Source: a virus
Lineage: Duplodnaviria > Caudoviricetes
Length of the DNA stretch: 64,000 nucleotides
IMG/VR virus record: IMGVR_UViG_3300028833_000066
Direction: 5' to 3' (one strand)
Both the position numbers and the translations under genes were made by a program. This document shows, in pieces, positions 13,701 to 26,295 of the stretch (position 1 is the stretch's first letter; every line of letters starts with the position of its first letter). Under the pieces are notes generated by a model, which searched no databases, was not told the origin of the DNA, and saw only the letters and a program-made list of their open reading frames with translations.

Positions 13701-16653
13701 AAAATTAATGCAGTCAGCAACTGAAGTTAATATTACTCCATAGAAAGAAGATTTAGATAGTAATATATCTAGTATTACTGAAGTTAAGGATGCTTTATCA
13801 CAATTAGCTGCGGCAAAGACTCCAGAAAGTTAGTTGACAGCATTAATGAATTTACAATCTGCAATTCAAGAATTGTCTCTTGAAAATATAGAAGAAGTAC
13901 CTAAAGTAATTAATACTGCTTTAGCTAATATAGATCCATCCGTCGCGATCTAGGCTCTTGAAAAATTAAATAAAAAATTTATTTCTATTCCTTCAGTTAA
14001 AAATACAACAGTGTATGTTAGATTTGAATCAGCTTCTGAAAATGCAGAAGTAACTGGTAATAGTCAATTAACAATGAGTATGGCTAAAGGTAATGCTTTA
14101 GCTGCGGGTCAAGGAACTCTTATGGGCGAACTTGGTCCAGAAATGGTTGTATCTGGCGGCCGGTATTTCATAGCAGGTCAAAATGGTGCTGAATTTGTTA
14201 ATCTTGATCCTGATGCTATTGTATTTAATCATTTACAAACTCAACGTTTATTAAATAGCGGTCGTGGTGGCCGCGGAGTTCCAATTACTAATGAACGAAA
14301 AGCTACCTCATTTGCTAAAGGTAATGTTTCTGGTCCAGCATTAGCAAGTCCTTCTAATGCTTTATCTACTCTTAAAGCATTACGTAATATGTGGAAGAAC
14401 TTAGCAGAAAATGGATTGTCAGAACTTGCACAGCAAGCTGGAGGTGGCGGAGGCGGCGGCGATAAAAATAATGCCGGCTATATCGCTGATCTTGAACGTT
14501 GGTACACATTACTTCGTTAGATAAGTACTCTTGAAAAAGAAATTACACATCAAGAAACTTTACGTAAAAAATTGGAAGCCGACCGCATCATTGATGGTAG
14601 AGCTTATTATAATAGTCAAAAAGAATCTATTAAATTATTGGAAGATGAAATATCTAAAAAGCATGAGTTAGTAAATCTTCAAAAGAGTTATTATGATGCT
14701 CGTCGTCAAGACTTAAAAGATTCTGAATATTCATAGTTCTTTACTTTTGATGAAAAAGGAACTATGATTTATAACGATGAAGCTATTTTAGGTAAGGGAA
14801 CTAAATATGAATCAGCTGGCGGCTTACGTGGTCTTGCTAAACTTAATGCTCAAAATGCTGATAAATCACCTGTATATACGGCAAAAGAATAGTATGAAAT
14901 GCTAAAAGCTTGGGGCTTTGCCGCAGACTTAAAATATGATTCTTCTGGTAAAGAAATTGATATGTCAAAGGATGAAGGATACGCTAGTGCTGTTCAAGCA
15001 TTCTGGGATAAAGTTGATGGATGGAAGGAAGAATTGGATGATTTGTATGACGGTTTCCAAGATTATTAGAAAGACATACTTGATTTAGAGATTTAGTATA
15101 ATGAACTCTTACAATAGATGGTAGATAATTAGATTTCTCTAGAAAATCGTATAGAAAAAGCTATTGAAGATGCTCGTTAGCGTGAAATTGATAATGCTAA
15201 AGATGAAAAAGATGTTATCCAAGAATCTGCTGAAAAATTCCTTGATGGGTTGAATGATTCACTTGATAAAGAACGTAAAATGTATGAAACTAGTTAGGGT
15301 GATAATGAGCTTAATAGAATGCGTCGTTAGTTAGCAATATTACAGCGTTCTGGCGGTTCTGCTTCATAGATTCGTTCATTACAACAAGATATTGCCGCAC
15401 GAGAATAGGATAGTTATTTTGAAGCTCAATAGAATCAAATTGATGCTATTCAAGCTGCTTCTGATGCTGAAATGGAACGTTTAGATCATTAGATTTCTAT
15501 AATGGAAGAATAGTTAGCTTATGAAAAAGAACATGGTTTATTATGGAATCAAGTTTATGAAGTAATGGCTATGACTCCGGAAGAAATTGAAAACTTTATA
15601 TTAGTAAATTCTAAAGATTTTGAAAGTAAATCAACACTTTAGATAGCGGAAGATTTAAGAACCGTAAAGTCTGAAATTGAACAATGGGTGTCTCGTAGAG
15701 ATGACAGCGAAGATGTTGTTGGAAATGAACCATAGCATAACTGGAATACTTATTATGAAGCAGCTTCTAATCTTTATCATTTAGATGAAGAGAAAGATGC
15801 GGGAATAATTAGTGAAGCTAAATAGGCTTATGAAGCTAAATATGCTGAAACTGGTGATGAAAATTATGCGGCGAGAGCGGCTGATGAAGTATTTGAAAAA
15901 TATAGAGGCCCAAGACCTGGAACATAGGCATTTGATAGTACAGCAAATCCTGCAACATCAAATAATCAATCTGGTGGTAGTAATGGTGCAGGAGTTGGTA
16001 CAAAGGCTACTGGTAATTTAAAAGTACATTATAGATATGGAAATACAGAAATTGCGAGAGTCGATACCTATACTAAATTGCCAGCTGGACAAAAAGTATA
16101 TGGCAGTAATTATGTTAAAAATATTTCTGGTTATGTCTATTCTAAAACTGAAAACGATGGTGCAAAAATTATTGCTGGAAAAACAACTCATTTATTCTTA
16201 ATATATAATAAACCTGTAATTATAACTAATGAATAGCCTAAACAAGAGACAAAAGCTGAATATCTATTAAGAACAAAACAGATAGTAGCTGGTTATTCGT
16301 CTGGCGGTCTTGCTAATTACACTGGTCTCGCAATGGTTCACGGATCAAAGCAAGATCCTGAAGCATTCTTAAATGCTGAAGAAACTCATATGTGGCGTGA
16401 TAAGATACTTAGCGGCAATAGCGGTTCTCTCACTTCAATGCTACTTGATTTCTAGAATATGGTTTCTGGAATGGTTAATTCTGAAAGCTATTCTAGCATT
16501 GGCACTGGTGAAGGAATTAATATTGAAAACGCAGTAGTAAATATGAATGCTACAATATCCAATGACTACGATGCTCGTCGTGCGGCGGACAACGTAATGG
16601 ATGAAATGGTGCGTATTGCACGCAAAACAACCGCACAACAAGCAAGGAGGTAA
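1795..16653 (+). CDS. Giant tape measure protein, ~4,952 aa (TAG=Gln)
   Basis: SD GGAGAGGTG precedes ATG 1795. Track fragments at 2863, 3652, 4309, 4888, 5236, 7411, 10819, 13105, 14011 and 16459 are all in this frame; the segments I spot-checked are interrupted only by TAG. TMP core around 3300-4300 (LYYQ*GL, AG.R*QSRFLAL). TMP-type motifs GELGPEMVV (~14130) and GYSSGGLANYTGLAMVHG (~16290). Confidence 0.88.
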
Positions 16654-16659
16654 TGGAGT

Positions 16660-18294
16660 ATGAGTGAATATTATTAGAGATTATTGGGACAAGAAGTTCC
16701 TTCTAATGCCAAACCTCGCACTCAAGTTTACCTAGCAACTCATGATGGGGCAGACAAACGTCTGCCCCACCGTGAGCGTTCTTTTATTAGTTTTACTTAT
16801 GGTAAAGATAATACTGGAAAGCGTGTTAATATTGAAGATTTCAATTTAATAGCTACCATAAGTGGTAATATGATGGAACGTTCATTGTATGGTGAATTTA
16901 GTGATAATACATCTACTTATGATGTATTAGATGGGCAATTTTATTGGGGGACTCATTTTGTTAATAATAAATTAAATTTATAGTTATCTACCGATGAGAT
17001 GACTGAATAGCAATTATAGGATTTTAAAGCTTGGTTTAAACCTGGGCCAGCTAAAGAATTGGTTTTATCAGAAAATCCTAATCGTGCTATTATGGCACGT
17101 ATTGGCAGCACGCCACAATATCATATGCTGCCTTTTGAAAAACGTGTCACTAAAATGTTTGCGGGAATGCCTTATGAAGTAAGCACTACTGTATATCGCG
17201 GCAATATTGATATTGAATTTATAATGGATGATCCATTCTGGTATTCTATTTATAATGTGCTACCCTCCTATGGCCAAGATGGTGCTGAAGATTGGTTTAG
17301 AACGCTTGGTGTAGATGGAAGTGATAGCTAGGACGCGGCCGCTAATTCATTATTGTCAAATAAAGATTATCTTAAAATTATTTTAGAAGATGGCGTGCCA
17401 ACAAGAGAAATGATTGATGGTAATATTATTACTGGTAATGAAAAATATAATAGTGAGACATTACGAGTTTATGGCACAGTTGATGATAATTTAGGTAATG
17501 CTAAAGTAGGAATGCGGATTGGAAGTGCGAGTCTTTCTATTAGTTCTAATGGATCGGCATACTTGTATTATACTGGTTCTGCTCCTGCTCCAACAGTATT
17601 AACATTTAGTTTAACTCCCGAGCTTACTGATCATTATATTAGCACTCCATTAAATAAAATTTATAATGAGATTTAGAATACTGGAAACAACAATTATAAT
17701 AAAATAATTGTTGGCCGTCAAGAATTTAAATTTACTACTCCAAGTATTTATACTGGATATAATCAGGCATTAAAAATTATTAGTCATTGTGAGCTAGGGG
17801 AATCATTAGTGGATATTAAAATTAAATTAATTGAAGGCGTAAATGAATATTATAGTAGAGCTTTTGCTTTAGGCACTTTAAATTATTTATAGAAGCAAGC
17901 GACAAATATAAATAGTAATGCCAATATTCAAGAAGGTTTTTCAACTTCATTTGCGACATAGATGTAGAAGTTTTTAACTGGCGAAGATAAATAGACTCCT
18001 AACGCCGCAACATTTAGTTTTAATTCAAAAACTGGTGAGGCTATTGGAACATTTACAATTTATCAATATGTTGAAAATAAAGAAAATGACACAATAACGA
18101 TAGGTTTAAGTGATGGAATCCTAGTTAAAGAAAATGTTGGAGATATGGTATATAATAAATACTTATATTTAGACGAAAAAAATATCTATAATGATGAAGG
18201 TAGAATAACAGAGAATGAATGTACTCCAATCACTACTGATTATCCAACTACATTATAGAATTTTGATATTTAGTATAAACATATGTATTTATAA
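16660..18294 (+). CDS. Distal tail (Dit)-like baseplate protein, 544 aa (TAG=Gln)
   Basis: SD AGGAGG, ATG 16660, frame open to TAA 18294. Directly follows the TMP. Contains IEFIMDDPFWY and ends ..I*YKHMYL, typical of Dit-type genes. Confidence 0.65.
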
Positions 18295-18318
18295 TGAGTA
18301 AAAGGAGGAGACTAAATA

Positions 18319-21300
18319 ATGAGAATTATACGTGATTATGAAGTCTCTATATGGACGCTTCAGGACAGTTTTATAACTGTCCTGAAGCCCTATGGTATAG
18401 AGCTAAAAGGTTAGTTGCAAGAGCCTGATTTAAAGATAGTAGATGATGGCACAATTGAATTTACCTTCAATTTACCAATGTATTATACTTTAAATGGTGA
18501 GCGGCTAAAAAATCCATTATGGAATAATGTAATCAATGGAATAATTGTCGCCAATATGAGAAAGATCAAAATTATTTTTAAGAAGCATTAGCAAGGTGAA
18601 AAAGTAATTGAATTAATGATTACTAAAGTAACTGAATCACATGATAAAGATTAGCTTATGTGTGAAGTTTCTTGTGAAGGATTAGCCTTTCATGAGCTTG
18701 GGAAGCTTGGTTATAAAATTGCTCTTGAAACTGATGATTTGATTGAAGAAAATTATTAGTGGTTTAAAGGTCAATTAGAATGGCCGAATGATGGAGAAGA
18801 AACTGAAACTTTAACTAATGCTTGGAAGGCATATTACACTGCCGCTAAAAATGCACATATATTAGATGATTAGCAAGATTTATATATTATACAAGAAGCT
18901 AAGCATTTTTATAAATTGAAGTTTATTGAAACTGGTGATGAGAATTTAGCGGCTAAAGCGGCAGAGGCTATTTTTATTAATTATGATAAAAATTATGAAT
19001 ATCAATTTTTACCTATTGGTGTTCATGGAGAAGATGGTAAATTATATCCAATTGATCAGCCTCGTGGCACTTTACAATATTGGAATGATAAGGTATTTAA
19101 ATTAGCTAGCGGCGATTGGAAATGGAATTGGACATATGAAGTTTAGATGGATTATAATAATAATCCTGGTAAAAATTTAGATAGTAGTAAAGTATATGAA
19201 GATGCTTATGTTTCATCTTGGGATTATGATTCTAAGAGTGAGATGGTAGTAGCACAAGCATATGTTGATAATGCCGAAAAAGAGCGTGTTGTAGATTTAA
19301 AAGAAAGTAATGTTTATAATTTAACACAAGATTTAGCAAAGACGTTCGGCGTATTTTGCCGTTATGAATATGAGCATGATGAAAATTATCATATATGCGG
19401 TCGCAAGGTAATATATTATAATAATTTCTTGCTTGAATCACTCGGAGCATTAGACATCACTTATCCATATGATACTAGTGTTATTAGCCGCACTAGTGAT
19501 AGTACTGATTTAGTTACTAAATTATATGTTCAAACTGATGGCAGCAATAATGATGGTGAGCCTATTACTATCACTAATTCTTCCGCTAATAAAACAAGAG
19601 AAGATTATATATTAAATTTTGATTATTTATGGCGTACTGGTGCTATTACACAAGAGTAGTATGCGGCCGCAAGGTAGTTTGAAATTGATATATATCGTAT
19701 TAATAATGAGTTGATTCCAATTTAGAATTAGATTATTGCTTTAGAAGCGGAAAAACCCGAATTAGAAGCAAAAGTAACAATTCGTAAAAATTCCATTACA
19801 TTAGATTAGGAACGTATGTCCGCGGCGGATGATTTGCTAAATGCCTTAACAGATAATACTGGTATATTAGAAGTTACTAATTTGAACCCTAAAACAGGAA
19901 TAATTATTACTTCTAAAAAGACGGATGGTTCTAAAGAAACTTATGCTAATATTACTGAATTGGGCATTGATATTAAAACTTTAAAAGTATATAAAAATTA
20001 TAATTCTGGCACTCATGAATTAAGCGATGATTATTCATTTACTCCTGTATTTGATGAATTTTAGAACCTAGTCCAATTAAAGGACTTTAAATTAAAGGAC
20101 TCTAACCTACCATTAGAAGAAAATGATTCGCCTCGTATTTATATGACTTATCAATATACACCAGATTTGTATTATGAAAGAGTAATACAAATATGGCAGC
20201 AACGAATGAAAAATGATACTATAGAGTTATAGAATGCTGAGGATCGTTTGAAAGAAATTGATCATTTATTAAATGGTTATAAAGATGATGAAGAAGTATA
20301 TCATAAAGGATATTATGAAAAACGAGATGCTTTAATTGAAGAAAAAAATTTAGCTATTTCTCGCTTAGAGAGAGTTATGGGTGCTGCTTTACGTGAAGGT
20401 TACTGGCAGCCAGAAGATTATAATGATTATGGCGATAAGCATTTAGATCAATATACTATTAGTAATACTGCTATTGCTTATATTGACGCTAATAATAATA
20501 AACATGGATATTTAAATGATTTAAAAGATGCTAAAGTAGAATCTAAATTTATCTATGATACTGTTCCTTTTGATGAGGAACAAAAAGGCTACATGGATTC
20601 ATTTACCATTGATAATTAGGATACTACTATTAATTATCCTTGTATAAAAATAGAAAACGAGATAGCCACTTTTATTTAGGAGCATCCAGATGATTTTAGC
20701 TTTATATTTTATGATGTAACAGATTTAGATCCTAATCATAGAACAAATAAATATAGAAAAATATATCATATTGGCTCACAATGCTAGTACGCTTTTATGA
20801 AGAATAATGGCACTATAATTCCTGTTATTATGATTACTGGGGCTATTAATGATTATTTAACTAGCCGCATATTAAAAGCTATGATTGGCCGGCCGGAAGG
20901 CAATGATGATGCTGAACCATGTTTAGCTATAATTGATCCTATTACAGCTGAAATAACAGGGGCAACATAGGCTGTTACAGAAAATGACTGGTTAAATCCT
21001 GGAACTGAGCCTAATTATGATTAGTTTGGAGAAACCGTTATGGCTTACCCTCGTATTCAAATCACTAGTCTTAATATTAGAACAGATAATGATGAAATAT
21101 TAGTAAAGTATAATGGGCATAATTTAGAGAATTATGAAGATTATCAATTATTAATTCGTGATAATAGCTATTATATCAATTTAAAGTCAGAAATTTTTGC
21201 TCGTTATGGTTTTTCTGGGAGCGGCTAGATTTAGTATATTGTATCTAATGCTAATACTATGATATACTTAGATGCCCTTCAAGTCAGTAAAGAAAATTCT

Positions 21301-23865
21301 TAGCCAAAAGTTGAATATAGTGTTACAGTAAATGCTATAAATAAAGATTTCATTGAAGAGGATTATAATTATTTAGGATATATAGCTCATATTAATGATA
21401 CTGATTTAAAGTTTGAAAATGTATAGGGCTATGTGTCTGAACTTCATTTAAAGTTAGATAAGGCTTGGGAAGATGAAGTAACAATTAAAAATTATAAAAC
21501 CAAATTTGAAGATTTATTTACTTCTATTGTTGCTCAAACTGAACAAATGTAGAAAAATTCTACTACGATTGGTAATGTTGGAGCATTATTTGATGCCAAA
21601 GGTGATTTAATCCCTAGCTCAATTGAGAAAGGAATTAATAAATTAGATTTAAGTGAGGCGTTCAATAAAGGCACGCTTACTTGGAATGACGCAGAAGGCT
21701 TGTGGGCTAGTAGTGATAGTGGTGTTGTAGCTATTCGCGGCGGCGGTATTTTTTCCGCGACCCAGAAAAATCCGGATGGAAGTTGGCATTGGAATACCGG
21801 TTTTACTCCTGAAGGAATTAATGCTGACTTGATTACTACTGGACAATTAGATACTAATAGAATTAAAGTATATGCTGGCGATGAGTTAAGATTATAGCTC
21901 AATGCAGATGGATTGTTTGCTTATAAGACAGGATGGGACGGCGAAGTTAAAACTGATGATATAGTGGATTATAAGCAATATGTGGTACATGATGCTAGCG
22001 GTTTATTCTTAATTGCTGAAAATGGTGCTCAATATAAAGATAATGAATTTTTGAACACCGCCGAAATAGATGAGGAAGAGAAGCCAACAACTTATGCGGG
22101 TAATGTAGGATTACATAATCATAAAGATGGCTCATTAGAGCGTGTTGCCATTAGTTGGGATGGCTTGACTTTAAGAAATTGGGCGGGCCAACGAGTATTT
22201 TATGCCAATCCAGACACTGGCGATTTAGTGCTTATAGGCGATATTACCGCTAATAATGGTACGTTTAATGGCACTGTAAATGCTACTAATGGCAATATTG
22301 GCGGCTGGACCATTGGAACAAACTAGCTATATTCTGGGGATAATAATAGCTATGTAGCCTTAAATAGTGATAGTACAAATACGTATGCTATTTGGGCAGG
22401 AGCTACTAATGCTGAAACAACTGATAATAACAATACTACATATGCTCCTTTTAGCGTTAGTAAAGCAGGCCAATTAAGAGCCAGTGACGCAATTATTAGC
22501 GGTGCAATTACTGCTACTAGTTTAACTATTGGTAATTAGTCTGCTGATGATTGGCTCAATGCTAGTATTAACGATGAAGCAATTTGGTTAGGAGTAAAAA
22601 ATTATACTAATACAAATGCTACTAGTATTAAATTAACTGATAGTAGTGTAGAAATTTCATCTACTGGAGCTTTAAATGTAAATACTAATAATGTGATAAT
22701 TAATACTAATGCCGATAGCGAACAATCTATTTTTAAATTAACTGATGGAGCCGCAGTTAATCCAATTAATTATATTAATATTGCTAAAAATACAAATAAT
22801 GAATTATTTGCTTAGATATCTGGATGGTTATTAACAGAACATTAGCTTTCTAGTGGTAATAGTACTAATTCAGTTGTTTTAGATAGCGGTACTAATAATG
22901 AAAATTATGCTATTTGGGCAGGTAATTCAGCTAGTAATAGTGCTCCATTTAGAGTTAAACGTAATGGTAGTGTTTATTTAAATTCTTTAATGGTACTAGA
23001 TAGTCGTTCAAGAAATAGTACTACAGAAAACTGGCCTAGTTGGCCTATTACTGGAACACATTCGGATATTATTACATCTAATGATGGTTTAACACAAACT
23101 GCTTATGTAGATGTAGATTTTTCAGATTCTTTTTCTAATGCCGTTTCATGCACAAGTGGCCGTTGGAACGGCAATACATTTGTCGCCACATTATCTTTAT
23201 TTGGAAAATAGACTAGTAAAACTCTATCATTAAATACTTCTATTAGTCTAGAACGAGCTGTTATTGAAACTCCTGTTCCGCAGGGAAATGGTGGAGATTC
23301 TGTTAGTGGAGTAACCGCGACCGTATATGTAGCGTAGTATATTAAAGGTGTTTATTCTGATTGGACTAAAATGGAAAATGTACCTATTGGATGTACGGAT
23401 GCTTATCAGACTTGGTATGAGGAAGGTTATGATGATGCAACACCAAAATCAATAAGTGTTGGTAGTAAGAATACTAATACTAATTATAATTTTACTATCA
23501 CTTCAAATGATAATTTAACGACCACACTTTCTTGTGGTGTAGGTACAATTTATACTGATGGGCATACAAATGGAATTAATGAAGAAAAGCCAGCTAGTCT
23601 TACTGTTAAAAGTAAAAATAGTAATACTCAATATCTTTTTACCATAACTCCTACAAATGGTAATTTAGCTGATACTACATTGTCGTGTGACGTAACTGAC
23701 ATTTATACCAATGGATATAATGTTGGACGAAGTAGCGTTGACTCTGCGAGCAGCACGTCTTTTTCAATTTTACGCAATGGTAGTAATTCTGGTATTCTAA
23801 CTTATACGGTTAATCTTGAAAATGGTAAATCAATTAGCGGTAGTACTACAATTTCTTGGTCATAA
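18319..23865 (+). CDS. Tal / tail spike / host-specificity protein, ~1,848 aa (TAG=Gln)
   Basis: SD AAGGAGG, ATG 18319; track fragments from 18916 to 23865 share this frame. Contains a WNTGFTPEGINADLITTGQLDTNRI spike-type motif, GNIGGW beta-repeats and a T/N/S-rich C-terminus. Confidence 0.75.
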
Positions 23866-23905
23866 AAAAATAAGCCCCTCCCATTACGGGAGGGGCCTTA
23901 TTTTT
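23864..23905. terminator. Bidirectional terminator between the convergent tail and replication arms
   Basis: A run + TAAGCCCCTCC-loop-GGAGGGGCCTTA + T run. Confidence 0.85.
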
Positions 23906-24287
23906 ATTCCTCTAGGAAAGCACTAAAGCTAAGCATTTGCTGAGGTGTGAATGTTTCATCGCCTAAATCATCTAGGTTTAGCTTATCGCCATTAATTGTA
24001 ATTTTGTTATTAAGTAAATCAGTTAGCTCACTATTGAACTCAGCAACATGCTCCTGTTCAATATAAGTATTTCCATTTTCATCAGCCTTTAGTTCGCCAT
24101 TTTCATCCTTGGCACCATAAAGCTTCACTAGATTAATACGTGCAGTCTCAAAAGTCTCGCTTTCAGCTTGAACTTCACGAAGTAGTCTTGCGACTCTAAA
24201 AGCTACCTTACTCTTTAGCTGCTTATTAGATAATTCTCTCAAAGTAGGAATGCTATCAATCATTTCCTGAACAGTTAATTCAATCAT
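23904..24287 (-). CDS. Phage protein (DUF1617-like)
   Basis: ATG 24287 overlaps the upstream stop (ATGA). The pattern KVAFRVARLL..INLVKLYGAKDENG is recalled from this family, not searched. Confidence 0.5.
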   Translation of the reverse strand: MIELTVQEMIDSIPTLRELSNKQLKSKVAFRVARLLREVQAESETFETARINLVKLYGAKDENGELKADENGNTYIEQEHVAEFNSELTDLLNNKITINGDKLNLDDLGDETFTPQQMLSFSAFLEE

Positions 24288-25030
24288 ATATCTTCTCCCC
24301 ATTTTAACTTATTATTTTTTATTTTACCACACCAGTATTTCCCAATGCATATCGCATCAGCCTCATCTTGTGTACATTTTTCACCATACCATAACATAAC
24401 TTTATCCTATGCGGCTTTTTTCTTATTTTCACGATGTGAATCGCCGCCACTAATGCCGCAATATTTACGCCATTCGCTGGGATAGACTAAATCGCCATCA
24501 ATACTTTTTTCAAATAATGTATCCATTATCACGCCTTGTAAATTAGCAAGCACGCGATAAGTTTCAACTTGAAATGCAGAATTACCGCCATAAGATTGAA
24601 GCTAAATGTGTTCAACGCCAACGAAGTCTGGTTCCCACTAGTCGATAGCGGCTAAAAGCCAATGTTTTACTTCGTTAATACGACTTGTGGCATTATCTTC
24701 GGCTTCGGTTTTAAAAGTACCATAACTTACTAACACTTTATTATCATAGATAGCATAGCCAGTAATATTAGTTGCGGCGTCTAATGCTAATATTCTTTGC
24801 GTGTTCGCTTGTTTAGCGGGCACTTTATTTTTTTTACCCTTGAAGGGATCTCCCGCAAGGCACTATTCGCATAGCATATGCTTTCGCCAGTTAGCGTAGG
24901 TTTGAAACTAACGATGACCTTGCGGGCAAATCATTTCAAGTTCTGTATTAAGATTCTTGTATGTATTCGATACTAAAACCCAATGTTCTGATTCTAAATG
25001 ATTTTTTACTGTATAAATATTTATTGGCAT
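24284..25030 (-). CDS. ruvC: RuvC-like Holliday junction resolvase with N-terminal Cys/His (Zn-ribbon-like) domain (5 TAG)
   Basis: ILALDAATNITGYAI, VGVEHI*L, PSEWRKYCGI and DEADAICIG are RuvC-fold catalytic motifs. N-terminus has CPQGH...CE*C. Translationally coupled at both ends (TAATG, ATGA). Confidence 0.8.
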
Positions 25031-25824
25031 TACTTACCAGTGCTCCCAAAGCCGCCTTCTCCGCGGTCAGATGGGCCAAGAATATCAACCTGAACAGGTT
25101 TAAATTGATGTACAGGAGCAATAATCATTTGTGCGATACGATCGCCCTTATGAATGACATATTCAGAATCAGAATGATTATCATACATTACGCCAATTTC
25201 GCCGCGATAGCCACTATCAATTACGCCAACACTATTGCTTAGTCGCAAACCAGTCTTCATTCCTATACTAGAACGAGGTAGAATATAAGCTACCCAGCGT
25301 TCAGGTAAAGCAATTCTCAAACCTGTGCGAACAACGTTTGATAGTGAATGGGGCGGTAATGTCGTATCTTCTAGAGCATAAACATCCGCAGCCGCATCTG
25401 TATCATGAGCATATGATGGCTCTTTAGCATCTTCATCAAGCTTGATCGGTAATTCAAAATCATAGCTATGATATTTATCTAGTGCTTCTTCAAAGATACC
25501 ACAGAAGATTTCTATTAATTTATCTAGCAATAATTTCTTTCCAGCACTAGGCTGTAAATCTTCTACATATGCTTCCAAATCTTCACGATTTTTTTCAACA
25601 ATTGATTGAACAAAATCGCGAGTATAATTTTGGGCCTCAAATGTGTCAATTATATCTTTAATTGACTTTGCTCTTATATTATTAGTAATTGAACCTTCAA
25701 TCATACCACTTAATGATTCAACGATATCCTCTGTTAAACCATCATCAGGTAATTCCATTACCTAAGTGAATAGGTCAGAAATAGGACTGTCAATATCAAA
25801 TGGTGGATTTCTTACTTCACTCAT
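25030..25824 (-). CDS. dut: Trimeric dUTPase with ~120-aa N-terminal extension (1 TAG at codon 21)
   Basis: Motifs AAADVYA, PRSSIG, GVIDSGYRGEIGV, GDRIAQ and RGEGGFGSTG. SD GAGG plus ATG 25824 when TAG is read through. Confidence 0.9.
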
Positions 25825-25834
25825 TTTTATCGCC

Positions 25835-26038
25835 TCACTCAAAAGTTTTTTCTACAGTTACAACGGCCCAGCTGTCAATGATTTCGCCCTTCTGTTTCTT
25901 AGTTTTTAGAACGTATCCAGACTTTGTAAGCGTGTAACCTTCAGCATTCTGGCTGCTCTTGAAATCATCAATCAGCCGCATAGCTTCATCTTCATCATTT
26001 ACTCTATAAACATCAGTTGTCTTCATCAGCATCTTCAT
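25835..26038 (-). CDS. Hypothetical protein
   Basis: ORF track; start adjusted to the SD-associated ATG. Confidence 0.6.
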   Translation of the reverse strand: MKMLMKTTDVYRVNDEDEAMRLIDDFKSSQNAEGYTLTKSGYVLKTKKQKGEIIDSWAVVTVEKTFE

Positions 26039-26294
26039 AATTTTCTTTCTCCTTTTTCTCATTTAATATTCTTAACTTTTCAATTAAATCAATATAATTT
26101 AGTTTCTTTGCTGTATCTGTTATTGAATCAAGTTGCTGGCGGCCTTTCTTACCGCCCTTTTTAGCTAGCTTTCGCCGCGAGGCTCTATTTAGTTTAATGC
26201 CAATTTTTTCTCCAAGAAAATCTTTTAAATTATCAATGGCGTTTTTATCATCTACTATTGCTTCATCCATTAGTAGTTCATTTTCTTCTGCCAT
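26013..26294 (-). CDS. Hypothetical protein (NRASRR basic motif)
   Basis: ORF track; SD AAGGAAGGTG precedes ATG 26294. Confidence 0.6.
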   Translation of the reverse strand: MAEENELLMDEAIVDDKNAIDNLKDFLGEKIGIKLNRASRRKLAKKGGKKGRQQLDSITDTAKKLNYIDLIEKLRILNEKKEKENYEDADEDN

Positions 26295-26295
26295 T

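Noticed and set aside
1563-21902. Minus-strand and off-frame track ORFs in the tail region (for example 2844, 4569, 5247, 9618, 11841, 12996, 15812, 21534)
   Set aside because: They are shadows of the long recoded plus-strand genes and have no recognisable motifs.
823-23865. Tail region as a decayed prophage or a run of pseudogenes
   Set aside because: The interruptions I read are only TAG, the frame never shifts, SD sites and terminators are intact, and TAG maps to conserved Gln positions.
23371-23865. Diversity-generating retroelement target in the tail spike
   Set aside because: I saw no reverse transcriptase or adenine-variant template repeat in the window, and the internal repeats differ at all base types. 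A remote DGR cannot be excluded.
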